Shown here piece after piece: positions 21,157-30,311 of a DNA stretch of 64,000 nucleotides. A program made the translations under genes and the position numbers. The notes below the pieces were generated by a model. It worked only from the letters and a program-made list of their open reading frames with translations. It did no database searches and was not told the origin of the DNA. Source of the stretch: an uncultured virus (IMG/VR IMGVR_UViG_3300037808_001064) (taxonomy: Duplodnaviria; Heunggongvirae; Uroviricota; Caudoviricetes); IMG/VR virus record IMGVR_UViG_3300037808_001064; one strand, given 5' to 3'. Numbering within the stretch: the stretch's first letter is position 1; each line of letters starts with the position of its first letter.

Positions 21157-21753
21157 TTAGCTCACTGCTTCCTTGTCATTGGAACCATGTTTGTCCTTGA
21201 TCGACTCCCGCAGCTCCATGCGATCCATCTCCTTTAGGCTCGGATCATCCGCCACCATCTTCTGTTCGATCCGAGAGACAATTCGCTCGTTTAGCTTCTT
21301 CGGTGGTGTCGGAGCAACATCGGTGTTCGGCGAGAGAGTGACATCCCCGCCCTTCATCATGCCGCCACCATGGCTGGCAATATCACGTCGAACGTCGCCG
21401 GCAGACTGCTTACCGCTCAACCATGCCCTCTTGTCGCCAGGGAACCTTGCGACTGACGAATCGTAATAATCTGTGGCGTTTGGCGTGTACCCCTGTCTTT
21501 TTGCCTGAGCGACACGGTACTCCAAAAGGTTTTCAGCACCACTGAACTGATCGGCCAGTGTGTTACCGCCACGGGACTGGTTGCGTGCTGCAATCTCAGA
21601 CGCCTCAGTACGCAGACCCGGGGCCTGCTGCATGGTGAGAATCTCAGCCATGGACTCAGACTGGCCGCGATCGAGGCAATCAACATAAAAGTCGACGGCC
21701 GCTGCACCCAGCTGGAGGATATCACTTGGAATTTGAGCTGTTGCTGTTGGCAT
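21157..21753 (-). CDS. Hypothetical virion-operon protein, 198 aa
   Basis: Coupled ORF containing ARFPGD. Confidence 0.6.
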   Translation of the reverse strand: MPTATAQIPSDILQLGAAAVDFYVDCLDRGQSESMAEILTMQQAPGLRTEASEIAARNQSRGGNTLADQFSGAENLLEYRVAQAKRQGYTPNATDYYDSSVARFPGDKRAWLSGKQSAGDVRRDIASHGGGMMKGGDVTLSPNTDVAPTPPKKLNERIVSRIEQKMVADDPSLKEMDRMELRESIKDKHGSNDKEAVS

Positions 21754-24145
21754 TCTTTTTAGCTTCCGTTTTTCTCAGAGCCGCTTCTTGGCGCATGAGT
21801 TTGAGTTTAAGGACGTTCTCTTCTTTGGTCATGTCGATCTTCTGATCGTGAGTCTCTTCTGTGTGTTCGAGCCTCTGTTCATGGTCAGTGCCACTGAACA
21901 GCAACTTGCTCAGATGGGACTGCTGGTCGTGCGTGGACTTCATCTCATGGTCGGCAGCCTTCATGGCAAGAGCGAGTTCAGCGTCCTGCCCCTTCAGCTC
22001 CATGCCCTGCATCGCCTCAGCCTGTTTCAGCTGAAGTGCCATCTGGGCCTCCTGCATCTTCAGCTGCATCTCAGCCTGAACCTTTGCCTGTTCAAACTGG
22101 AACTCCATCTGCTTCATCAACGGCTCTGACTTCTTCGACTCAGCGTTCGCGCCGGCCTGCATCGCCTGAGCCTGCTTCAGAGTGGTATCAGCCTGAGTGT
22201 TCTGCATTTCAAGCTGCTGAGCCTGCATCTGCATCTGCTGAGCCTGTGGATCCGGCTGTGGCTGCCATGGGCCCATCTCCCATTCCGTGACATCCTGCTC
22301 CATTGCCTCACCGAAGGACTTCATGAAGCTGTTGATGGGGCCCTGGTCGCCAGTAAGCTCCGCATACTTCTCGAACATCGGGATTGCCCGGTTCGACAGA
22401 GTGTTGAGGTTTGACAGATCGCGTTCCCGGTTGGGCCGCATCATGTCGGTCGCCTCGATGTGGAAGGACATCTCCCGCATCATCTGAACGGTGTCGGCCG
22501 TCGCAACAAAGTGATCCCACAGCAGCACCCCGGTTGCCCCCAGAAGAGGCTCCAGCGACTTGCCTGAAACGAGCGACGACGCCAGCGAAGCCTCATTGCT
22601 GGCCACTCTCTGCATCCAGCCGGCCACGTTCTTGGCCATCTTCTCTGGACGGATGGACGCGTTCTGTTGGCGGTTGTTTGCGTCTGACGAAACCCTGATC
22701 TGATGCGACGACATCGCATACAGGATTTCAGACAGCCCCGTACGCTTATCGAACGACTCTGAGAGCATTGCCAACGCGTTGAGGATGTCGGAGTTCGCCT
22801 GTGGCCGCTCAAGAAAGGTGACCATCTGATCAATGGTCTGGGTGGCAATCGGACTCAGCTCAACATACTCAACCGACTTCCCGGACGTGACAGCCCGCTT
22901 GATGTCATCGGCCGCATTCTTCATGACCGCGATGATCTGCTTACGATTCTCCCAGCTGATCTCCACGTACGCTGTCAGGAGCACGTTCATGGCGATAAGT
23001 TCACCGAGGCCTGGTGCCATCGGAGCCAACGGCCAAGCACTGTTCGGAATCGGGTAGAAATCCAACAGCTCGACGGGCCACTGGCTGTCCCTCCATACTT
23101 CCCACTTGGATCCGTAATTCGCCGTTCTCCAGGCAAACATATCCTTCACGGCCTTCGACTTGGCCTTGTACATCTTCTTCGGTGCAGCGTTCAGGAAGAA
23201 CGGGACTTCCCTTGCGACACAGCAGTATGCGAAGTCACCCAGCTGCTCATCGAGTTTCTCTCCGACAGAGTAGTCAGAGTCTTTGTGCATCGTCCCAATG
23301 CCGCCACGGGACCAAACCTCGTACCAGACGATCAAGTCGTTGGTGTTCTGGTTGTGTGCGTCGTCAGATGCCCGTGCGTTCGCCTCGTTTGAGTTCTTGC
23401 TGGCGTATTCGCTCAGAGCACCCTTCTCAAGGTCAAAAACTCTCTCGACTTCCCAGATGGGCGTGACGTGTTTGCGGGCGATCCACGTCGCGGTTCTGAG
23501 TTCAGGATCTGTGCAGTCTGGGTCAATGAACAGGTTGTCCACACTATCGTAGAAAGTTCCAGTGTAGGTGTCGTCCCGTCCAGGGAACATGTAGTCTTGA
23601 GTCCACCCACAGCCTCTTCCTTTCACAAGAGCCTCAGTGATGACCAGCTCAGCCTCCCGCTGCAGGCCATTGCCCGGCTGCTTCCGCTGAGTCCAGTTCA
23701 GATACATCTGCATCAGCTGGTTACGGACCTTGGCCGTCAAGTGTCGCTTCTCGTCCTCTTCCATCAACGGAACCAGCTGGTCCCCAAGAAGCTCGGCCAC
23801 CATCTCCGGCTCAATGCCGCGATCGGACTTCACTTCCCGGACAGGATAGTCCCAGAACAATGTGGGACCAAAGATTGCGACCAGCTCGAAGGCCTTCGCT
23901 ATCGTCACTTGAATTCCCGGGACATCAAGCCCAGGCATAAACTCATCCCGAAACTCCGACTTCCACATGAAAGCCGTGTCCCCGGTGAAGAATTTTTCAC
24001 ACTGATCCGCAACCTTCTGGAAGCCCTGCTTTGACTGCTCAGCGGAATCAATCCTTTGAATCCACCGGGCAGACAGTGGCCGCAGAACCTTATCCTGAAG
24101 GTCTTGAGCGGAGCTGATGCGTTCACTTGCGATAACAGGTTCCAT
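21722..24145 (-). CDS. Portal protein with a Gln/Met-rich coiled-coil C-terminus (P22-like barrel)
   Basis: Follows TerL; about 807 aa from ATG 24145; FIDPD, WIARKH and RTGLSE motifs. Confidence 0.8.
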   Translation of the reverse strand: MEPVIASERISSAQDLQDKVLRPLSARWIQRIDSAEQSKQGFQKVADQCEKFFTGDTAFMWKSEFRDEFMPGLDVPGIQVTIAKAFELVAIFGPTLFWDYPVREVKSDRGIEPEMVAELLGDQLVPLMEEDEKRHLTAKVRNQLMQMYLNWTQRKQPGNGLQREAELVITEALVKGRGCGWTQDYMFPGRDDTYTGTFYDSVDNLFIDPDCTDPELRTATWIARKHVTPIWEVERVFDLEKGALSEYASKNSNEANARASDDAHNQNTNDLIVWYEVWSRGGIGTMHKDSDYSVGEKLDEQLGDFAYCCVAREVPFFLNAAPKKMYKAKSKAVKDMFAWRTANYGSKWEVWRDSQWPVELLDFYPIPNSAWPLAPMAPGLGELIAMNVLLTAYVEISWENRKQIIAVMKNAADDIKRAVTSGKSVEYVELSPIATQTIDQMVTFLERPQANSDILNALAMLSESFDKRTGLSEILYAMSSHQIRVSSDANNRQQNASIRPEKMAKNVAGWMQRVASNEASLASSLVSGKSLEPLLGATGVLLWDHFVATADTVQMMREMSFHIEATDMMRPNRERDLSNLNTLSNRAIPMFEKYAELTGDQGPINSFMKSFGEAMEQDVTEWEMGPWQPQPDPQAQQMQMQAQQLEMQNTQADTTLKQAQAMQAGANAESKKSEPLMKQMEFQFEQAKVQAEMQLKMQEAQMALQLKQAEAMQGMELKGQDAELALAMKAADHEMKSTHDQQSHLSKLLFSGTDHEQRLEHTEETHDQKIDMTKEENVLKLKLMRQEAALRKTEAKKNANSNSSNSK

Positions 24146-24149
24146 CGTT

Positions 24150-24542
24150 TTACATAGCAGACCAGCTGCCATTCCTCCGGAGGTTCTTGTTCTGGATACC
24201 TGAGAACAACGATTCGTGAGGAACGCCGTACTTTCGCACAGTCTCCCCGCCAGTGAACGGGATGATAACAAGTTCCATCATTCCGTTGGGCGTAACGTCC
24301 GCATAGGCAACGGCGATCAGCGGAGCCCGGGTGTTGCCCTCGGGGTTGTACTTGATCATCTGCCCCCACTTGACCTGCACGGGGAATTCCCGAAGTGGTT
24401 GGAAGCGAACGTCATCCTCAACTGGAGGACTGATTATATCATCCACCTTGCCAAGGCCTGCATGAGAGGCACGGATTTCTTCGAGGGTTTTAGACACGAG
24501 CTGCTCCAAAATAACACGGTTGAGAATCAGGGGTCTGACCAT
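24150..24542 (-). CDS. Hypothetical protein, 130 aa
   Basis: ORF between TerL and portal. Confidence 0.55.
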   Translation of the reverse strand: MVRPLILNRVILEQLVSKTLEEIRASHAGLGKVDDIISPPVEDDVRFQPLREFPVQVKWGQMIKYNPEGNTRAPLIAVAYADVTPNGMMELVIIPFTGGETVRKYGVPHESLFSGIQNKNLRRNGSWSAM

Positions 24543-26217
24543 CAGACCCGAACATTTTCATCTCTTCCTCGAACGCAAGATCCGCTGCGGTTTGTGGTCG
24601 GACTTTCGACAAGGGAGTGACGTACGCTGGTCGCCTACTGACATAATACTCAAGACAAACCATCATGTCGATGACCTCGCCCGGAGCCGGGACTTCCCGC
24701 ATTTCGTCTGACACGATGTGCCGAACGGTCTCTTTCATCTGTTCCACGAGGTTCGGACACAGATGATTGATTATTCGTAATTGAGGCCGACCACACGGAC
24801 GGACCCTCATCATTTCTCTCAGAACCATTCCTCTTGCCACAGGGTCTGGATCACCAGGAAAAAACTGGCTACCAGGCAGCTGCCGACTCGACAGACCAAA
24901 TCTTTGGAACGCGCGAGTATAGTTCTGACCAATCGTCCCAGAGAACCCCATGGGGGTCTGCCGGGCGGCATTGCCATCGATGTAGAACCGCTCAAAATGG
25001 TATCCCCTCTCAGTCTCAAGTATTCCGCGAGCCATGTCGTCAGCTCCTAACCGGGGCTTGTAGATTTCCCGATACGGAATGATGTATGGCTCGTCATGAT
25101 CCCATAGATCCCGAGGAGGAATGGCACACATTAAGAGGCCCGGAGCAACAGTACCGGGGTCAAGAATGAGGTCTCTCGTCCAAGTGTCCGGTGGTATCCA
25201 GTTGTTTTCCGCAAGCACCTTCGACACTTTGTCCCACAAGCTCTCCTGCTCATAGTCGCAGCGATGGATGTCTTCGTTGTATTCCGCGTACAGCCTGATC
25301 AGATCTGTCGTGAACTCTCCTAAGTCTCGGGCACGACGTTCAGCTTCCGACCACCCCGAGAGGGTGTCTTCAACCTGTTTCTTGGTAAAGAATGGATTCG
25401 TTGACATGCGGAGGACTTCTTCCTTCGCAGTGACGTATTCTCTCTGCCCCTTGTCGACTTCCTTTTTCTCCTTAATGCACTGCTTGCTAAGTTGTCGCAG
25501 AGCATTATTTGAGTGGGCCGGCCAGGAGGACCAGAAGAGTCGGCCGTCCCGGTCAACAAGTCGAGCCTGCCACTCAGGATAATGAGCAGCAAATTTGATC
25601 TCTTCGTCAATCCAAATTTCATCAACGGGGTCTCCGGCCTTCACGGGGGCAGACGAGGCAAACGCATAGATCTCTGTTCCATTTTTGAGCCGACACATCG
25701 AAAACTGCCGCTCTGATTTTACTTCCCATGCCCATTCAGAAATCTCTGATGGCGGAATGAGTGGAGGTGACGGCTTGCGATCTTCCAGCGGGATATCGTG
25801 GTCTTCCGGATACTCGATCGGGTTGAATGCTCTCCACATCTTGGTCTTCGGATCCCGAACGATCTGGAACAGACCTGAGCGGAACAGCAGCCTGTGCATC
25901 GTCTGGCCAATGTGGTCAAGCGCAAGCCCCACGACCCAGCAGAGAAGCGGCCGGCCCTTCTGCCTGGCAGCCTGGCAGTGGATGACTTCACCGTCTGTCG
26001 AGCGAACCGGAATGCCCCGGACGATGGATGCAAATCGGACAGCTGCAGTTATGGACTTTCCCGAGCGGTTGCCTCCACGCAGCAGGAACTTCCTCACATC
26101 ACACTTGAGGATCTCGGCCTGAATTGGAGTTGCGCGGAACAATTCCAGCGCGTCCATCTTCCGCTTCTGGATCTCAACGGCCGCTCTCGCGATGCTGTCG
26201 ATGTTCAGCTTGGCCAT
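24490..26217 (-). CDS. terL: Terminase large subunit
   Basis: Walker A GGNRSGKS, Walker B IWIDEE, nuclease LDPG, C-terminal D.MVCLEY. Confidence 0.92.
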   Translation of the reverse strand: MAKLNIDSIARAAVEIQKRKMDALELFRATPIQAEILKCDVRKFLLRGGNRSGKSITAAVRFASIVRGIPVRSTDGEVIHCQAARQKGRPLLCWVVGLALDHIGQTMHRLLFRSGLFQIVRDPKTKMWRAFNPIEYPEDHDIPLEDRKPSPPLIPPSEISEWAWEVKSERQFSMCRLKNGTEIYAFASSAPVKAGDPVDEIWIDEEIKFAAHYPEWQARLVDRDGRLFWSSWPAHSNNALRQLSKQCIKEKKEVDKGQREYVTAKEEVLRMSTNPFFTKKQVEDTLSGWSEAERRARDLGEFTTDLIRLYAEYNEDIHRCDYEQESLWDKVSKVLAENNWIPPDTWTRDLILDPGTVAPGLLMCAIPPRDLWDHDEPYIIPYREIYKPRLGADDMARGILETERGYHFERFYIDGNAARQTPMGFSGTIGQNYTRAFQRFGLSSRQLPGSQFFPGDPDPVARGMVLREMMRVRPCGRPQLRIINHLCPNLVEQMKETVRHIVSDEMREVPAPGEVIDMMVCLEYYVSRRPAYVTPLSKVRPQTAADLAFEEEMKMFGSDGQTPDSQPCYFGAARV

Positions 26218-26840
26218 CAGACACCCTCCAGGTCATATTCACTTTCGGAGGAGACTGTGATCAACTCATGGCCACCAGACTCCCTCAAAAGACGGTCAGC
26301 TATGCCCGGCTCCTCTTCAAGGATCTGTCTGAACAACTCCATGCGAAAGTGGGTGTCCACCTGAAGCCGAACAGAGGCCCCCTGTGACACGATCGCCTGC
26401 AAGTCTTCCTCGTCCAGCTCGCCCATGGAGTCGTGGTCGCCAACCATGGAGTCGCGTTTGGCGAACAGGTCTATCAGCATAGAGTGCCACTTGGTGAGCG
26501 GGCCCTGCTGTATGGTGTGCAGCTTCTTCTGGTCTTCAGTGAGGTCGTCACCGCGGACCTTTCTGAAGTCCTCAACGACCATCTTGCCGTACTCTTCAAC
26601 CCCGCCCATTTTCTCCTTGACGACATCAGCGAGGGTAGTGATGACCGGGTCTTGCTTCTTCAGTTCCCGGAGCTTGGCACTGAACTTGTCTTCAGCGTCA
26701 TCGTTACGAAGGACCGCAAAGTCTGCCAACTGCTCCTCTCGCTTTCTCGAACACACCGTGCATACGTCTTCGCCCTCAGTGAATGAATCATCCAGCTGAG
26801 GTGCATTGCAGACAGTACAGATTTTTCGAGTTCCGAACAT
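26217..26840 (-). CDS. Putative terminase small subunit with an N-terminal CxxC...CxxC zinc finger
   Basis: Directly upstream of and coupled to TerL; helical. Confidence 0.5.
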   Translation of the reverse strand: MFGTRKICTVCNAPQLDDSFTEGEDVCTVCSRKREEQLADFAVLRNDDAEDKFSAKLRELKKQDPVITTLADVVKEKMGGVEEYGKMVVEDFRKVRGDDLTEDQKKLHTIQQGPLTKWHSMLIDLFAKRDSMVGDHDSMGELDEEDLQAIVSQGASVRLQVDTHFRMELFRQILEEEPGIADRLLRESGGHELITVSSESEYDLEGV

Positions 26841-26850
26841 GCTTCATCCA

Positions 26851-26883
26851 AAGAAAAAGGCACTCGGGCAAAACCCGAGTGCC
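26851..26883 (-). terminator. Intrinsic terminator between the capsid genes and terS
   Basis: GGCACTCGGG-TTTTG-CCCGAGTGCC, 10-bp stem, followed by TTTTTCTT on minus. Confidence 0.8.
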
Positions 26884-26937
26884 CCCCGAAGCGGATCTGG
26901 CTCGAACGAGCCGTGCTCTTACGAGCTTCCAAATGAC

Positions 26938-27069
26938 CTATTTGCCAGGCTTGGGATAACCAGTCTTCCCGGCGAACTTATTTCCACCTGACACAACAGG
27001 AACTTCCTGCTGAGGCAGCTTTCCAGTACCAACACGGCTCTCACCGGATGGCTTGTCGGACGGTTTCAC
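26938..27069 (-). CDS. Small basic 43-aa protein (MKPSDKPSGESRVGTGKLPQQEVPVVSGGNKFAGKTGYPKPGK), not in the ORF track
   Basis: GAGGAGG SD before GTG 27069; TAG at 26938. Confidence 0.65.
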   Translation of the reverse strand: MKPSDKPSGESRVGTGKLPQQEVPVVSGGNKFAGKTGYPKPGK

Positions 27070-27126
27070 GATCAACCTCCTCGCGAGCAAAAGTAAAGCG
27101 AATGGGGAACAGAATCAGGCCAAGGC

Positions 27127-27675
27127 CTAATGCTGGTTGGTAGCGTTGACTGACTCGCGACAGTCAATGAGCACGTCAATGGCCGTACCAGCCACCGTTG
27201 TGGTGGTCTGAACGATACCGACGTAACCGGCAGTTGTGGGATCGACGGACGATGCCACAAGGATGCCAGCAGCGCCAGTCTTGACCGCCGTACCAGCAGC
27301 ATGAGTGGTCGCACCAACGATGCAGCCACGAGCAACGCCACCAATAACAACCAGGAAGTGCTCGTCGTCTGCAACCGTGGCCTCACCTGAGTCAGGATCA
27401 ACGATCCCATCACAGTAAGTCCCAGCACCAGAGTAGGCGTCGACTTCCTTCATTTCTGATCCGACCAGATACTGGACGGACTTGCCAATGTCGAGGTCGC
27501 CCCCGCTGCCGTTTTTCACCAGACGGCAGATGACATGTGCGCCGGACTGAACTTCCGCCAGCCGGCGGCCTTCAATCACGTCGGGAAAATGGCCAATCAG
27601 GCCAAGGAGACTGTCATCGGAAGTGCGATTGTTCGCGTTCCTCCGTGACATGATGGTTGACAGATACGAGGACAT
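27127..27675 (-). CDS. Capsid decoration / cement protein
   Basis: Follows the MCP; Gly/Val/Ala-rich beta protein. Confidence 0.6.
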   Translation of the reverse strand: MSSYLSTIMSRRNANNRTSDDSLLGLIGHFPDVIEGRRLAEVQSGAHVICRLVKNGSGGDLDIGKSVQYLVGSEMKEVDAYSGAGTYCDGIVDPDSGEATVADDEHFLVVIGGVARGCIVGATTHAAGTAVKTGAAGILVASSVDPTTAGYVGIVQTTTTVAGTAIDVLIDCRESVNATNQH

Positions 27676-27745
27676 GAATTTTCTCCAGAGAGTGGTGTCA
27701 GGTTTTCAAAGTGAGACAGAATGGACGGGGGAAAATCAGTCCGGT

Positions 27746-28900
27746 TTATGCGTAAGAAGCAATCTTCGCAAAGTACTTCGGCTGGAAGCGGTAGTTGCCC
27801 CAGGCTGAAGCGTACAGCAGATAAGCGGCGTCAGTCAGCGTCCACTGAGGACCGTACACCTTGTACAGGTCGCTGTGAATGTTGAACATCTCCATGTACT
27901 GAGGACACAACACAACACACTCGTCCGTACCACCCAGAGAGTAGTCAGGACAGAGGTACGCTCCGTCAATGTTCAGAGAACCGCCGGGGATGCCGAGGTC
28001 ATTCTGATGAGAGACAGGAACGATCTGACGGTTGCGATCGCGGAAACTGTTCTTGGCTTTCATGAACAGGTTCGGGTCACACATGACCAGCATTGGAGCA
28101 CTCTCGCCATTCATGAAACCAGTACGGTTTGGCATGACGACGGTCAGGAAGGCAATGATGAGTTCGATGTTGTCTTCGAACTTAGCACTGTTGGTTCCCC
28201 ATGCCGTTGAACTCCAGTTCGCAAGAACCGGACTCATGGCGTCGTACTCTGAGGAGCCTGTTCCCCATGGATATGCGTTACCCAGAGCGGCGTTGTAGAT
28301 CTCGCCAGCACTCGGAGCAGCGTCCCATGTCCCGCCAAAGTTGGCAAGGTCTGTGTTGTGACCAGCGTACGCAACGCCCGGCACAGCACAGCGGTCACCA
28401 GCAACAACGGCACCGCCGTCATCACCAAGAATTGTCCCAATGCCTTGATAGTCATTGGTGTTCCCGGCCGCATTCGCGTCCACGTAGAACCGTTCCGCGA
28501 TCAGCTTGTCAAACGAATCTTTCACGTCCTTCGTCAGTCGCTGATAGCGATTAACAATGGCCCGCGGACCCATGTTCGACAACCATTCCAGCTCGGTCAT
28601 CTTGTCCGTGGCCCGGTAGCCACGACGGTCGACGGTGAGCTGTTCGTCGGTAACCGTCGAGTTGAACTCGATCCGGGCACCGTCTGTCGCTGTCTGAACG
28701 GGTGGTTCACGCAGCTTCACGTTCCACGTCAACGAATACTCATTGGCATTGAACTCAATGAGGCCGTATTGACGTAGAATTTTCAACATCTTGTGATTTC
28801 GCATGGTGAGATCACTCTCACCTTTGAAATACTTCGGTGCCGTATCAATTACGATACGGACCTGATCATCAACATCTGTAGGAGCTGCTGGAGTTGGCAT
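27746..28900 (-). CDS. Major capsid protein
   Basis: 384 aa after a scaffold-like gene; YQGIGT and YAG motifs, HK97-like layout. Confidence 0.8.
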   Translation of the reverse strand: MPTPAAPTDVDDQVRIVIDTAPKYFKGESDLTMRNHKMLKILRQYGLIEFNANEYSLTWNVKLREPPVQTATDGARIEFNSTVTDEQLTVDRRGYRATDKMTELEWLSNMGPRAIVNRYQRLTKDVKDSFDKLIAERFYVDANAAGNTNDYQGIGTILGDDGGAVVAGDRCAVPGVAYAGHNTDLANFGGTWDAAPSAGEIYNAALGNAYPWGTGSSEYDAMSPVLANWSSTAWGTNSAKFEDNIELIIAFLTVVMPNRTGFMNGESAPMLVMCDPNLFMKAKNSFRDRNRQIVPVSHQNDLGIPGGSLNIDGAYLCPDYSLGGTDECVVLCPQYMEMFNIHSDLYKVYGPQWTLTDAAYLLYASAWGNYRFQPKYFAKIASYA

Positions 28901-29925
28901 TAGAAGTTAATTCCTTGCTTTTGCGCAGAGTCGTTCGCCAAGGCCATAAAATTGACACGACCCTGAGTCGTGACTGGCTGCGATGTGTCACCAGTCTGAT
29001 GAGCATGCTCATTCAACTGACGTGCCGATCCGTTGTTGCGAGTCCCGCTTTCGTCGATTGCTGCTCCACTGTTGACCTTCTCGACAAACGTCGGGACCGG
29101 AACAGGAGCGGTAGATTCAGGTGGCGGCGTGGCTGGGGGAGTGCCATCGGCCGGTGGTGTTTGCGGTGAATTCAGCAGGAGCAGGTCAGTCTTTGTGGCA
29201 GCCAGTTGATGGACCTGCTTCTGAAAGACATCGGCGGAAGCGTCAGCAAGAATGCCTTCTTCCTTAAACTGCTTTTCAAGTGCAGCTGTGATTTCGTCGT
29301 ACTGCGACTGTCTTGCATTGAACTGGTCGTCTGTATCGTCCTGATGGGAGAAGAAGTACTCTTCCCTCGCGGACGGAGCCTTGACGAACTGAGTTTCCTG
29401 ACTGCTCAGCTGGGCCTTGAGTGGCTCAGTGGCCTTGTTGACCGCATCGTCGATCATCTTCCAGATGTGATCACCCAGATACTCATTGGCGAATTTGCTG
29501 GGATCCCTGAGCGTCTGCATGAGACGCGTCTGTTGCTCGCTATCAATGGCGACCTGCCGGTTCAACAAATCTGCCTGAGCCGAGTGCATCGCATCAGATG
29601 CGGCAAATCCACTGTTTGCATCGCCAGTGATCTTGCCCTGATTCTTCAGGTAATTCGCATACTCCAGCTGCCCTTGATCTATCTCAGGGGCTGCGAATGC
29701 TGCTGGGGGTGGTGCCGGCGCGGGGGGCTCTGGTTCTGGAGTGGGTTCAACTGGAGGAGCCACTGCTGCCGGGGGGTTGGCTCTTAACTCCTTGAGTTCG
29801 GTCTCCATCTGGATGCGAGACTTGAGATGGTTCACCAGGTCTTTGGCGATCGCATCCTCATCTACGTAGCCGTGGCCCTCTTCAAGGATTCCGGCGTTTT
29901 TTAACATCTCAGTGAAATCTGTCAT
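28900..29925 (-). CDS. Capsid scaffolding protein
   Basis: Pro-rich linkers, acidic coiled coil, coupled to the MCP; AGGAG SD. Confidence 0.65.
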   Translation of the reverse strand: MTDFTEMLKNAGILEEGHGYVDEDAIAKDLVNHLKSRIQMETELKELRANPPAAVAPPVEPTPEPEPPAPAPPPAAFAAPEIDQGQLEYANYLKNQGKITGDANSGFAASDAMHSAQADLLNRQVAIDSEQQTRLMQTLRDPSKFANEYLGDHIWKMIDDAVNKATEPLKAQLSSQETQFVKAPSAREEYFFSHQDDTDDQFNARQSQYDEITAALEKQFKEEGILADASADVFQKQVHQLAATKTDLLLLNSPQTPPADGTPPATPPPESTAPVPVPTFVEKVNSGAAIDESGTRNNGSARQLNEHAHQTGDTSQPVTTQGRVNFMALANDSAQKQGINF

Positions 29926-30056
29926 GTCAGCTCCTGTGTTTCGGGGGCTGCATTACAGCAAAGTGGCGTGTACGAATGGTACGGATTGTCTAAACTTGCA
30001 CCAAAGTGACCTTCTGGAGAGTGTGGGAACAGACGGCAAACAGGGAGCACGAGGGC

Positions 30057-30311
30057 ATGGATACCAGCATCAGTGACAGTGAATTGTCGATAAGCGAGTT
30101 AGCTTTGTACGTCAAAAAAAGGCACAAAAAAACCGTCCGAGAACAGACCCTTTACAAGTGGATCTATCGCGGACGGCAGAATGAGCACGGCGAAGTGCGA
30201 TATCTAAGGTCTTCTCAGATGGGGTTCAGTGCCCCTCATTTTGTTCGGAAAGGTGAGATCAACGAATTCATACTTTGGCTAACTGGGGACGAACGGGACG
30301 AACGGCGGTGA
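30057..30311 (+). CDS. DUF1580-like winged-helix protein (excisionase / RDF-like)
   Basis: QTLYKWIYRG...GEVRYLRS..MG...V...EINEF pattern; convergent with the recombinase. Confidence 0.6.
   Translation: MDTSISDSELSISELALYVKKRHKKTVREQTLYKWIYRGRQNEHGEVRYLRSSQMGFSAPHFVRKGEINEFILWLTGDERDERR

Noticed and set aside
343..29787. Many plus-strand ORFs opposite the structural operon, and similar shadows elsewhere
   Set aside because: Antisense shadows of long coding genes, with no motifs or SD
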